Source: an uncultured Poribacteria bacterium
Lineage (GTDB): Bacteria; Poribacteria; WGA-4E; WGA-3G
NCBI GenBank assembly: GCA_951813565.1
Contig: OX638351.1
Location: forward strand, 4,608,001 to 4,672,000
Length of the DNA: 64,000 nucleotides
Direction: 5' to 3'
The notes beneath the pieces are model-generated. The model ran no database searches and was not told the DNA's origin. It worked only from the letters and a program-made list of their open reading frames with translations. Each line of letters opens with the position of its first letter. Position 1 is the stretch's first letter. This document shows positions 1 through 10,237 of the stretch, in pieces. The translations under genes were made by a program, and so were the position numbers.

Positions 1-77
1 TTAGTCTTTCAAGTTTTTCTTCAAATGTCAAGCGGTTTCTCCTTACCTAACAACATCATATAGTTTTCGTCAATCTT

Positions 78-1298
78 TTAATCTAAACATTCATCAACTG
101 TACAAACGAGGCTACCTTGTGAGAGCTTTACATCAAGTCTATCACCAGTGTTCACCTGACGACTTGATTTTACAACATCTTCGGTGACATTTCTAATAAT
201 GCTATACCCTCGTTCCAAAGTTGCTAAAGGGCTAAGCCCGTTTAACCGAGCGGCTAAAGATTGTACCTGATTATCCACCAACCCTAATTTATCCGTCATG
301 GTTTTTTGGCATGTTGCCTCAAGATTGTCAATTGATTGGTACAACTGATAAATGGTATCCATTCGTTTCGTTGGTGAAAGACCCGATTCCAATGCATCTA
401 TTTCGGTATGTTGTGTCGTAATCTGGCGCATTATGAGTTCATTTAAACGATTTATCACGCCATTTAACTGTGCTAATAAATCCAATCTGTCGGGGACAAC
501 ATGCTCCACTGCAGCAGATGGTGTTGGCGATCGGTGATCCGAAACCATATCCGAAATAGTGAAATCTGTTTCATGACCAACAGCCGAGACAACAGGTATT
601 TTAGAATTAAATATCGCGCGCGCTACAATTTCTTCATTAAATGCCCATAGGTCTTCCATTGAACCGCCGCCACGTCCTACGATCAAAACATCAATGTCCG
701 TTCTACTGTTCATAGCACGTATTGCATTTGCAATTTGTGCCGCAGCATATTCACCTTGCACGAGTGTAGGATGGAGCAAGAGTTCAGCTAACGGATAACG
801 TTTTTGGAGTTGTTGCTGAATATCTTGAATAGCTGCACCTGTTTCAGAGGTAATCACCCCGATTTTCTTTGGAAATATCGGTAACGGCTTTTTGTGAGCA
901 GCATCAAATAGTCCTTCATCTGAAAGTTTCTGTTTTAGTTCCTCAAAAGCTCGCTGCAGTGCACCGATTCCAAGTGGTTCGATTGTATTTACAATTATCT
1001 GATATTCACTGCTCGTAGCATAAATGTTGATTCGCCCCTGGACCAGAATTTCTTCACCATCACGCGGTAAAAATTGTAGTCGGGAAGCACTACTTCGCCA
1101 CAAAACACTCCTGATATTACTGTTTTCATCTTTAAGTGTGAAATAGATATGTCCAGACGCGGGACGACTCAGATTTGAAACTTGTCCTTTCACCCACACA
1201 TTTTGAAGTACTGGTTGCTGCTCAATTATGCGAGATAAGGTATTCGTTATTTGCGTAACACTGAAAATAGTCCGAGGCATCGGAAGTTCTAATTGCAT
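78..1298 (-). CDS. xseA: Exodeoxyribonuclease VII large subunit
   Basis: N-terminal OB fold (VWVKGQVSN..SGHIYFTLKD), GRGGGSMEDLWAFN and SAVGHETD motifs, C-terminal LSPLATLERGY. Confidence 0.97.
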   Translation of the reverse strand: MQLELPMPRTIFSVTQITNTLSRIIEQQPVLQNVWVKGQVSNLSRPASGHIYFTLKDENSNIRSVLWRSSASRLQFLPRDGEEILVQGRINIYATSSEYQIIVNTIEPLGIGALQRAFEELKQKLSDEGLFDAAHKKPLPIFPKKIGVITSETGAAIQDIQQQLQKRYPLAELLLHPTLVQGEYAAAQIANAIRAMNSRTDIDVLIVGRGGGSMEDLWAFNEEIVARAIFNSKIPVVSAVGHETDFTISDMVSDHRSPTPSAAVEHVVPDRLDLLAQLNGVINRLNELIMRQITTQHTEIDALESGLSPTKRMDTIYQLYQSIDNLEATCQKTMTDKLGLVDNQVQSLAARLNGLSPLATLERGYSIIRNVTEDVVKSSRQVNTGDRLDVKLSQGSLVCTVDECLD

Positions 1299-1366
1299 TT
1301 TTGTCTATCTCTAAGAATGAATACTTATATGAATTTTGTTGGCGAATCAATTATCTCATCTGATTT

Positions 1367-2167
1367 TCAAAGCTGATATTGTATCCTTTCAATACTGAGT
1401 GCTAATCCTGTTTCATCATCCAATTCAATCTCAACTGCATTTAGCTTGATATTATCTTTTGCCACACCAAAGCGCGCAGGCATCATTGTCAAAAAACTTT
1501 CAACTACCTTCTCTATTCTGCTTCCAATAACCGAATCATGAGGGCCTGTCATGCCAACGTCCGTAATATAAGCGGTGCCCTGTGGCAGAACACGCTCATC
1601 TGCTGTTTGAACGTGTGTATGTGTGCCGATAACTGCACCCACCTTACCATCCGCATGCCATCCCATTGCGATCTTTTCTGAAGTCGCTTCAGCATGAAAA
1701 TCAAGAATCACATACGGCGTTTCCAATTTCACTTCAGATAGAATCGTATCCAATGCGTGAAACGGATTTGTATATCTATTCATGAATATCTGCCCCGCGA
1801 GGTTGATTACACCAAGTTTAGCGCGTCCATCCATTGAAGGGACTATGGTAAAACCGCGTCCAGGAACTTCCGCAGGATAGTTTGCAGGACGAATCAGCTG
1901 CGGCGTTGTATCAACAAAGTCAAATATCTCTTTCTGATCCCAAACATGGTTTCCAGTCGTAATTGCAGAAACGCCAGATGCCAACAACTGATCAACAATT
2001 TCAAATGTTAGACCTTTTCCTCCAGCAGCGTTTTCACCATTGGCAATGATGAAGTCGTAGGAATTTTCAGACGGTTTGCTAAGTTCCTTCAAGAATTCGG
2101 TTACTGCTCTTCTCCCCGGATTTCCGACAATATCTCCAATAAAAAGTATTTTCATTTTCTTTATCAC
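1367..2167 (-). CDS. ymdB: YmdB-like metallophosphoesterase (2',3'-cyclic nucleotide phosphodiesterase family)
   Basis: GDIVG, NGENAAGG, TGNH, DFHAEATSEK, GTHTHVQTAD and TDVGMTG motifs. Confidence 0.93.
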   Translation of the reverse strand: MIKKMKILFIGDIVGNPGRRAVTEFLKELSKPSENSYDFIIANGENAAGGKGLTFEIVDQLLASGVSAITTGNHVWDQKEIFDFVDTTPQLIRPANYPAEVPGRGFTIVPSMDGRAKLGVINLAGQIFMNRYTNPFHALDTILSEVKLETPYVILDFHAEATSEKIAMGWHADGKVGAVIGTHTHVQTADERVLPQGTAYITDVGMTGPHDSVIGSRIEKVVESFLTMMPARFGVAKDNIKLNAVEIELDDETGLALSIERIQYQL

Positions 2168-2291
2168 ATTTCTCGTAATCTCTTACGGTTTGCTCGCGTT
2201 ATCTTACTTTAGCGGAATTTTCTATCTGCCTGATTGTCTATTAATTTTACTTATGAAGTCTGTTTTAGTGTTCTGTCCAAATCAAAAGATG

Positions 2292-2825
2292 TTATACTAC
2301 TTCTAACTCCGCAAGTGTAAAAACCGATGCGAATGAACATCCGAGCGCATTAATTTTTTCCTCTCCCCCCGCTTGCCTGTCAATGGCTGCTACAACATGT
2401 TCCACTGTGTGTCCCTCTCCACGAATCTGTTCTATAGATGTGCAAACCTGTCCTGCAGTCGTAATAACATCTTCTATAACAACAAGTGAACTTTTCTCTT
2501 GGACACCTCCTTCTATGAGATTGCATGTGCCGTAATTTTTTGCTTCCTTACGGACATAAAAACAAGGAATACCAGTTTTCAAAGAGATTGCTGTCGCAAG
2601 TGGAACACCTCCTAATTCCAATCCTGCTAAACCATCACATTCTATTGGGAGCAGTTTAGCCATTTCTTTGGCGATTGCAGTTAGCAGCTCCGGATCACTT
2701 TCAAACCGGTATTTGTCCCAATAGAAATTACTAATATTCCCTGAACGCAGCTTGAATTCACCTGTAAGATATGAAACAGCACGAATCTGCTTTGCCAATT
2801 CAGTTTTTGTCATATAGGTTACCAT
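2292..2825 (-). CDS. pyrE: Orotate phosphoribosyltransferase
   Basis: GEFKLRSG, VRKEAKNYGT loop, PRPP-binding VIEDVITTAG. Confidence 0.92.
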   Translation of the reverse strand: MVTYMTKTELAKQIRAVSYLTGEFKLRSGNISNFYWDKYRFESDPELLTAIAKEMAKLLPIECDGLAGLELGGVPLATAISLKTGIPCFYVRKEAKNYGTCNLIEGGVQEKSSLVVIEDVITTAGQVCTSIEQIRGEGHTVEHVVAAIDRQAGGEEKINALGCSFASVFTLAELEVV

Positions 2826-2837
2826 TTCAGAAGTGGT

Positions 2838-3884
2838 CTAATGCACCTCAATATGTGCACCATCTGCTGCGATGACTTCACCAATTACCGCGGCTTCAGG
2901 ACAATCATCAGCGTGAAGTTCTTTTACGGCTGCATCGGCATTTTCTGCTGGCAGCGCAAATAATAGACCGCCTGACGTTTCTGCTTCCATCAAAATATGG
3001 CGCATCTCCTCTGAAACTGATGACCTGAACGAGACCTTATCCGAAAGGAATTTCGTATTTGCCAGATATGCTTGCGTGTAGGTTTTCTTTTTAACGAGTG
3101 ACGGAGCATCTTCAAAGTACGGAATCGCACTGCTATCTATTTTTAGACGCACATTGTTACCTGCTGCCATTTCTGACGCGTGTCCTAACAATCCATAACC
3201 TGTGACATCTGTGCATGCGGATGCATTATATTTTAACATAACTGCAGATGCAGAAGAGTTGAGTCGCGCCATAGATTCAACCAATTGCGGCAAGACTTCT
3301 TCACCAATTTTGTTGAATTTCAAGCCTGTCGTCAGAATGCCGATACCGAGATTTTTCGTTAAAATGAGAACATCACCGGGACGCGCGCCGTAGTTTTTTA
3401 CAAACTTTTCTGGATGCACAATACCGGTTACTGCAAGTCCATACATCAGTTCTGGTGAATCCACCGTATGCCCACCGAGAAGTGCTGCTCCTGCTTCTGC
3501 AGCCTTTTCAGCTCCTCCTCTTACAATATCACCAAGGATCGATAGATCAAGGTCATCCCTGGGCCAGCAGGTAATATTCAACGCAGTTTTCGGTGTGCCG
3601 CCCATGCTATAAACGTCGCTCAGTGAATTTGTGGCTGCAATCGCGCCGAATGTATAGGGATCATCTACGATAGGGGTAAAATAGTCCACCGTGTTCACAA
3701 GCGCAAGGTCATCAGAAATACGGTATATCCCCGCGTCATCAGAGGTTTCTGTGCCAACAAGCAGGTTCGGGTCAGTAGATTTCGGAAGGTTACTTAAAAT
3801 GTGTGAAAGCTCGCCCGGAGCAAGTTTTGACGCTCACCCAGCGCATTTGACGGTTGCAGTAAGACGGATTTTCTTGTTTGTCAT
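2838..3884 (-). CDS. selD: Selenide, water dikinase (selenophosphate synthetase); selenoprotein with UGA at codon 17
   Basis: ORF 2838-3698 extends upstream in frame through TGA (3834-3836) to ATG 3884: MTNKKIRLTATVKCAG-U-ASKLAPGEL...DDAGIY...TVDYFTPIVDDP; TDVTGYGLLGH and ETSGGLL motifs. Confidence 0.95.
3806..3828 (-). promoter_or_regulatory. Putative bacterial SECIS hairpin just 3' of the selD UGA
   Basis: Minus strand AAAACTTGC-TCCGG-GCGAGCTTT; stem CTTGC/GCGAG begins 9 nt after UGA. Confidence 0.5.
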
Positions 3885-3915
3885 AATTTTGGAGTGTAAA
3901 ATTGAGTAGGTCTAA

Positions 3916-4002
3916 TACCCGATTAACCCGATTCGTAGCGCGAGGTCTCTGTGCCTCGCAATGTTGACTTTAGCAGAAGACTCCCAATCAAATTAATTGG
4001 TA
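3916..4002. mobile_element. MITE with TACC.. imperfect terminal inverted repeats and TAA flanks, carrying a GTAG-type palindrome
   Basis: taa|tacccgattaacccgatt ... aatcaaattaattggta|taa; internal gtagcgcgaggtctctgtgcctcgc. Confidence 0.55.
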
Positions 4003-4112
4003 TAATAGTTGAAGTAATTTAGAAGTTCCTGAACTATGTTAATCGTGTTGGTCAAAATCGCAGCTGTTTCAGAAATACCCATTAATTTATGAATTTATAG
4101 TTGCAGATTACG

Positions 4113-5012
4113 CTACGACTTAAGCTCTGCCACAACTGATTTTACATACGCGACACTCCGACCATCTTGATGAAACTGATCACCGTAACGGACACCTTCA
4201 ATTGCAAGATATCCGTCAAAGTTCGCGTCTAACAACGCAGCGATTGCGAAACGATAATCAATTTCCCCATCTGGGAGTGGGACTTGGACGTAGATTGCAG
4301 TTTCTAAATCTGGTATATGCACACGATAGAGACTCTTGCAATGCCAATAGTTGACATGCGGTGCAAGCGCTACAATGGCATCTTCGCACGATTCCTCTGG
4401 AATGTCATAAGTCCAATAGATGTTCCCTAAGTCCGGATTGATACCGACATTCGGTACATCAATCAACTCAAGTAGATGTAACGCTGACCAGCTGTTGTCC
4501 ACAATTGAATTTTGATGGATCTCAATGGAGATAGAGACGTTTTGATCTGCAGCAATAGAAGCCACCTCAGAGACAGCAACCGCTGTCCGTTCATAGTCTA
4601 TTGTACTTGCTTGGCGGCTTGAGCCTTGCGAGACAGATTCACCACGATATGTGCCTTTGCTGTTTGGGTCTCGTGGCGGCGTAGTGACTGTGGAATTCAC
4701 AACGTTTGCACCTATTTTGGCAGCAAAATTAACAGCATTTATCATAGATTGTTTATTACCAGCAGCAACACGTGGATGTGCAGCACCGCCGCCTCCACGG
4801 ACTGCTACACACGGCATGCCTACCTCTTCAAGTTGTGTTCGGAGTGTCCCAATCTCTGCATCTGGCAGGTTCATTGTCGGAAGTTCAATACCTTCAAATC
4901 CGATTTCTTTCGCCTTTTGCAGAAACTGTTGTCTATTTTTGGCATCGGTGGGTAGTCCACCGCCATTATATGGATAAGATGCACACCTCCGAAAAGCATA
5001 CGCAATTTTCAT
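4113..5012 (-). CDS. Sugar phosphate isomerase/epimerase (xylose isomerase-like TIM barrel)
   Basis: GFEGIEL, SIEIH, NPDLGN, WHCK, DGEIDY and FDGYLAIE metal-binding pattern. Confidence 0.85.
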   Translation of the reverse strand: MKIAYAFRRCASYPYNGGGLPTDAKNRQQFLQKAKEIGFEGIELPTMNLPDAEIGTLRTQLEEVGMPCVAVRGGGGAAHPRVAAGNKQSMINAVNFAAKIGANVVNSTVTTPPRDPNSKGTYRGESVSQGSSRQASTIDYERTAVAVSEVASIAADQNVSISIEIHQNSIVDNSWSALHLLELIDVPNVGINPDLGNIYWTYDIPEESCEDAIVALAPHVNYWHCKSLYRVHIPDLETAIYVQVPLPDGEIDYRFAIAALLDANFDGYLAIEGVRYGDQFHQDGRSVAYVKSVVAELKS

Positions 5013-5620
5013 TCTATTTCCCCTTCAAATAGATACATCACAGCTTGCTGCAATTGCCGAAAAATAACGCTGAATTGTTCATGAGCAGCCCCATCGTACG
5101 ACACTTTTTTATTATGTTCTATATGTGTTCGCATACTTTCCAAAATACTTTGGTAGTACCACGCTTGCGCCTCTAACCCACCGTGAAAACGCTCCCAGAC
5201 CACATCACCGATGTTATCGTATTCCGAAATAACAGTCCGTAGATTATGAAGTTTATCCGCACAAGTTACAAGGCAAACCTCTGTGGAAGCATCCTTTAAG
5301 GCTTCAATACGTTCAATCTTTCGTTCACGCCATCGCAGTGACTTATTCTCAGAACATTCATCAACAATGTCCGCGACAGATTCGCCAAAGTCTTTTCGGA
5401 TACACGCTAACGTCAAGTCGGTGTCTTCAACCGTATCATGTAGAATTCCTGCTATGACCACCGTTTCCGCACATCCCGCATTCATTAACATCAGTCCAAC
5501 AGCATAGGGATGCGTAATATAAGGCGTGTTAGTGCCTTTCCTAAACTGTCCATCGTGCGCTTGTGCGGCGAGTTCTATCGCTGCTTCAATACGGTTTTTC
5601 CGAATGTCATTTTTCGCCAT
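5009..5620 (-). CDS. HD-domain hydrolase, RelA/SpoT-hydrolase (small alarmone hydrolase/MESH1-like)
   Basis: AHDGQFRK..PYITHP, ILHDTVEDT, ADKLHNL; 4-bp overlap with the next gene. Confidence 0.85.
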   Translation of the reverse strand: MAKNDIRKNRIEAAIELAAQAHDGQFRKGTNTPYITHPYAVGLMLMNAGCAETVVIAGILHDTVEDTDLTLACIRKDFGESVADIVDECSENKSLRWRERKIERIEALKDASTEVCLVTCADKLHNLRTVISEYDNIGDVVWERFHGGLEAQAWYYQSILESMRTHIEHNKKVSYDGAAHEQFSVIFRQLQQAVMYLFEGEIE

Positions 5621-5948
5621 GCGTCCTATCGCTACTCAATTCACGCCTATAAATATCAGCAAACAATACATCTGTTAGAAATTCAAAGATTAAAACAGTG
5701 TTAAATGATACACTATTTCTGCTTGTTCAGTCAAGATATTTTTAAAATGCTTCCAGAGCCATTCAATTGTCGGGTTTTTCTCAATATTTACACACGGTCG
5801 CGACCAGGAGGTCGCTCCTACAAGAAGAGATATTGAAGATGTTAGAAAGTATTGGAAATTGAATGGTTCTGAAAATACTTCAGAGTTGGCATTATAGAAT
5901 ATCCATAATAATTTTTCAGAACACAATGACATTTACAGGAGAAACATT

Positions 5949-7403
5949 ATGGCTACGATTGCTATCGGTGGGATCATGCACGAATCTAATACATTTAGTA
6001 ACACACCAACCGACTTTGAGGCGTTTTCTCACAGCATTGGAGAAGATTTATTCCCGGTTTGGAAGGGGACACATCATGAAATGGGTGGGTTTATTCAAGG
6101 CGTAGTTCAACAAGGCTTCACAGCTTACCCGACCTTAATGGCTACGGCGACACCTGCTGGTCCTGTAACTGACGCTGCTTTTGATAAACTCACTGATATT
6201 CTCATACAGCAACTCAAAGCAATACCGAAACTGGATGGATTACTGCTCGCACTGCACGGCGCGATGGTGGTAGAGAGTTATCCTGATGGTGATGGCGAAG
6301 TGTTAAAAAGACTACAAGAAATCTTCGGAGAATCTCTGCCTATTGTTGTGACACTTGACCATCATGCAAATGTCTCTCAACAGATGGTTGACAGATCAAC
6401 AGCACTCGTAATTTATAAAACAAATCCACACATCGATCAGCGGCTGCGTGGGTTACAAGCAGCAGAATTAATGATGCACATTCTCAAAGAAAAAGTAATA
6501 CCTACGCAGGTACTTGCTAAACCGCCTATGATTCTCAATATCCTATATCAAAATACAAGTGCCGAACCGATGCGTTCCATTATAAAAGAAGCCGAACAAT
6601 TAGAACGTGATGCTAATATTCTTGTAGCTAATGTTGCAGCGGGATATCCTTATGCAGATGTCTATGAGGTAGGTCCATCCTTCGTTGTTGTAACAAATAA
6701 CGACCCGAAACTTGCACAAGCTGAGACTAATCGGTTATCAGATATGTTGTGGAATATCCGTGACCAATTAACACTGGATCTGCCTGACGCAGTAGACGCT
6801 GTGCGGCAAGCAATTTCGAGCCACGAACATCCGGTGATACTTGTTGAAATGGGCGATAATATAGGCGGCGGTTCACCCGGTGATAGCACTTTCATACTTG
6901 CAGAGTTGTTACGACAAAAGGCATCCGGGTTTGTCGTTGTTCTGTGCGACCCTGAGAATGTGCAAGCCTGTATTCAGGTAGGTGTCGGCAATGAAGTGTC
7001 TTTACAGGTCGGTGGGAAAACTGACAATCAACACGGAGAACTTGTTTCAATTCAAGGCAAAATCCGCTTAATTCATGATGGACATTTTATTGAGACGGAA
7101 CCGCGTCACGGTGGACAAAAATATCACAATCAAGGATTGACAACGGTCGTTGCTGTAGGAGACTCGTTAGTGGTGCTGACAAGCAACCGTCAAACACCTT
7201 TTAGTCTACAGCAGTTGCTGAGTCTCGGCATCAATCCGAAAGCGATGCGTATGATTGTTGTCAAAGCCGCAATCGCATATCGCGCTGCTTATGAAACGAT
7301 TGCTGGGAAGATTATTGAGGTGGATACGCCCGGATTGACAGCAGTGAATCCGCTGCATTTTAAGTATGAGAATGTTCGGCGGCTGTTGTTTCCATTGGAT
7401 TGA
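5949..7403 (+). CDS. M81 family metallopeptidase (MlrC-like)
   Basis: HESNTF, LHGAM, LDHHAN, PHID and DNIGGG motifs. Confidence 0.9.
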   Translation: MATIAIGGIMHESNTFSNTPTDFEAFSHSIGEDLFPVWKGTHHEMGGFIQGVVQQGFTAYPTLMATATPAGPVTDAAFDKLTDILIQQLKAIPKLDGLLLALHGAMVVESYPDGDGEVLKRLQEIFGESLPIVVTLDHHANVSQQMVDRSTALVIYKTNPHIDQRLRGLQAAELMMHILKEKVIPTQVLAKPPMILNILYQNTSAEPMRSIIKEAEQLERDANILVANVAAGYPYADVYEVGPSFVVVTNNDPKLAQAETNRLSDMLWNIRDQLTLDLPDAVDAVRQAISSHEHPVILVEMGDNIGGGSPGDSTFILAELLRQKASGFVVVLCDPENVQACIQVGVGNEVSLQVGGKTDNQHGELVSIQGKIRLIHDGHFIETEPRHGGQKYHNQGLTTVVAVGDSLVVLTSNRQTPFSLQQLLSLGINPKAMRMIVVKAAIAYRAAYETIAGKIIEVDTPGLTAVNPLHFKYENVRRLLFPLD

Positions 7404-7423
7404 AAAATCTATCAAACACCCTC

Positions 7424-7452
7424 TTGACAACTACATCTCCTTATGCTATCCT
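7424..7452 (+). promoter_or_regulatory. Sigma70-type promoter for the AAA-nuclease / HNH-WYL pair
   Basis: TTGACA (7424-7429), 17 bp, TG-n-TATCCT (7447-7452). Confidence 0.55.
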
Positions 7453-7487
7453 TATCTCCGTAAAATACTATAGATTAGGAAAAGAAA

Positions 7488-9107
7488 ATGAGACGTTTTG
7501 GAACACAGGGCCCTGTCCATCCAGAGAAGAACTATGTTGTCAGTCGTGCTGCGGAGCTTAATGATTTCATTGCGCGTATCAAAGACGGACGTTATATCGT
7601 TATCTTCGCACCGCGTCAGACTGGCAAGACCACCTTCTTTCAAAATGCGCTGAACGTATTCACAGACAGCGAACCAACTTGCTTACCAATTCAGCTGAAT
7701 TTTGAGGAATTTGAAGGATCCATTCCATCAATATTTTACAACTATTTCTATCAAGATTTATGTGATGAAATAGTAAATGTTTTGGAAAAAAAAGGACACA
7801 CGCTATCAGAAACACTTCGTCAATATTTAGAAAATACGAATATTACCGATCAAGTTTCAATGCGAAGATTCTTTAGAATGTTAGACAATATTCTAAAATC
7901 TGAATATAATATGCATTGGGTTATTCTAATCATAGACGAATTTGACGGCATCCCACAAGAAGCATTAGTAGGTTTTCTTCATTCACTTCGTCGTATCTAT
8001 ATTTCAAATTCCACCCCGAAATGTCCTCACAGCGTTGGTATTGTCGGCGTAAAAAGTATCGCGCAACTTAATTATGACCGCTCTATATCCCCTTTCAACA
8101 TTCAAGATGAATTTCACCTCCCGAACTTTACACCTGAACAGGTACGGGAACTACTACAGCAGTACACAGAAGAAGTTGGACAACCCTTTAAGTCTGAAGT
8201 AATTGAATCCATACACAAGCAGACTGCGGGGCAGCCTTTTCTCGTCAACCGATTGGCACAAATACTTACTGATGAGTTTGAGATTCCAAAGACAGAATCT
8301 ATTACGATGGACCATTTCTTACAAGCACACTTCCAGCTGCTCCATGAACGAAATACGAACATTGACCATTTGACAACAAATATCCGCAGAAACCCACGTT
8401 TTGAAAGTATTTTGATGCGAATTACTGCATCTGATGATGGTCCGGCTTTTAATCTTCGCGATGATCTTATCAGTGAACTTGCAACCTATGGAGTCATAAA
8501 ACAAGGCACGGACGGTATGTGTGAAATTGCTAACCCAATTTATTTTTATTGTATCTTACAGATGTTCAAATCTGCAGTGAACGGGTTAGAGCAGGAATAT
8601 CTCCCTGAAGACACTCGCGAAGGTTTCCTTGATTACCTCTCAACGACTGGAAATATAGAGATGGGGACGTTGCTTGATAACTTCCGAGATTTCATAGCAC
8701 GCGCGGGCTTTAAGATACTCCAAGTACCAGACACGCCGCAAGAATCTGTGGGGAGGCATCTGCTATTAGCGTATCTTGAGCAGTTTGTCCGGTTGGTAGG
8801 TGGATTTATGCACATTGAGGTGCAAACCGGACGTGGTAGGATGGACCTACTCATCACTCATAATCAGCGAAAATACGTGGTCGAAACAAAAGTGTGGAGA
8901 GGCGAAGTAAGTTATCAGAAAGGTAAGCGGCAACTTGCATCATACCTCAAATTGGAAGGTGCAATAGAGGGCTACTATGTTGTCTTTGACCATCGCACCA
9001 ATCCAGAACCACGTTCTGAGACAGAAGAAATTGAAAGTTTTAAAATTCGGAGTTATGTTATTCCTGTTATGCAGGAACGCCCCTCAGCAGAAAGTTTTGA
9101 CAATTAA
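7488..9107 (+). CDS. AAA-like ATPase with C-terminal PD-(D/E)XK nuclease-like domain
   Basis: Walker A APRQTGKT, Walker B LIIDEFD, SPFNI, GQPFLV; C-terminal E..TGRGRMDL...VVETK..QLASY. Confidence 0.85.
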   Translation: MRRFGTQGPVHPEKNYVVSRAAELNDFIARIKDGRYIVIFAPRQTGKTTFFQNALNVFTDSEPTCLPIQLNFEEFEGSIPSIFYNYFYQDLCDEIVNVLEKKGHTLSETLRQYLENTNITDQVSMRRFFRMLDNILKSEYNMHWVILIIDEFDGIPQEALVGFLHSLRRIYISNSTPKCPHSVGIVGVKSIAQLNYDRSISPFNIQDEFHLPNFTPEQVRELLQQYTEEVGQPFKSEVIESIHKQTAGQPFLVNRLAQILTDEFEIPKTESITMDHFLQAHFQLLHERNTNIDHLTTNIRRNPRFESILMRITASDDGPAFNLRDDLISELATYGVIKQGTDGMCEIANPIYFYCILQMFKSAVNGLEQEYLPEDTREGFLDYLSTTGNIEMGTLLDNFRDFIARAGFKILQVPDTPQESVGRHLLLAYLEQFVRLVGGFMHIEVQTGRGRMDLLITHNQRKYVVETKVWRGEVSYQKGKRQLASYLKLEGAIEGYYVVFDHRTNPEPRSETEEIESFKIRSYVIPVMQERPSAESFDN

Positions 9108-9115
9108 AATGAGGA

Positions 9116-9883
9116 TTGAAAATGCCTTACTGTACCGTGTGTAAACAATTTGCTGACTATGAATACGATATCGATTTATCTAACAGCAACCATCTCCATC
9201 CTTCTTGCCTGATAAAGCTGCAAATGCGGGAAGAAGAAATTGAAGGAATTTTGCGTCAAAAGAGATCACAACTCATTTTGTCACTCTTTGTGCGTGACGA
9301 AGTTCCAGATAGAGAGGTCGCATCGGAGGAAGAGGTAAGAAGTTTATCCGCTGAACTAACAAAACTAAAAGACACTTTAACCTTAATTTATGACTTTTTG
9401 CCGAGTTGGCCACCGGATTGGAATGAACGCAAACGTTACCTCATCCAGCAGAACGGTTCAATCTGTTCAAGCTGCGGAGAAGAAGGAGACGTTTATCTAG
9501 TCCATGAGATTGATTTATGTGAAGGCGGAACAAACGAGTTGGATAATCTCGAATTGATTTGCAAGCCGTGTCATGAAAGCATGTATGAAAAAGGCGACAT
9601 TTTTGGGGACTTTACCCTGAATCCGTCCCAATCAGAGTTCGCGCCACAAGTTAAGGAGATCCAATCTGCTATTAACAACAATCAGAGAATTCAATTTGAC
9701 TATAAGAAGCCAAACGCTAAGACATGGATGACACGCGTGGTTGTCCCAGATCGACTATTTAATATACCGAACAGTCGCGAGTCTGGACAAACATTGTGTG
9801 TAGAAGGGTTTTGCGAATTGCGCCAAGATACTCGTGTTTTCGCACTTGAGCGGATGCAAGATTTAGAAGTAATTGACTATTAA
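9116..9883 (+). CDS. Zn-finger / HNH / WYL domain protein
   Basis: CTVC..HPSC; CSSCG..VHEIDLCEGGTNELDNLELICKPCH (HNH); C-terminal IQFDYKK..RVVVP..VEGFCELRQDTRVFALERM (WYL). Confidence 0.8.
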   Translation: MKMPYCTVCKQFADYEYDIDLSNSNHLHPSCLIKLQMREEEIEGILRQKRSQLILSLFVRDEVPDREVASEEEVRSLSAELTKLKDTLTLIYDFLPSWPPDWNERKRYLIQQNGSICSSCGEEGDVYLVHEIDLCEGGTNELDNLELICKPCHESMYEKGDIFGDFTLNPSQSEFAPQVKEIQSAINNNQRIQFDYKKPNAKTWMTRVVVPDRLFNIPNSRESGQTLCVEGFCELRQDTRVFALERMQDLEVIDY

Positions 9884-10237
9884 CCGGGAACTCCTTCTTT
9901 TAAAGTTGTTTATGGCTTCCAGTTAGACTTGAGCAAAGCACAACCTACCCTGCAGAAGATACCCTTCCTTATTAATGGCAACGTATTTCTCCATACTTCA
10001 GACATTGACAACCCCAGTCAACCTGTGCAAATATCGCCACAAAATTAATCCGTCTCTCCGTAAGCATAAAAAATTTTACTTCAACTTTTCCCTTCAAAAT
10101 TCGTTAAATAGAAAAGTCTTTAATAAAAAACTATAATTACTTTGACATCATTGAGCGTACGCTCCTGAAGTGCGTCTGCAGATGGATGTCTATATATTTT
10201 GTGATTTAGTATAAATTAATTCTGTGGGGTTTGATTT

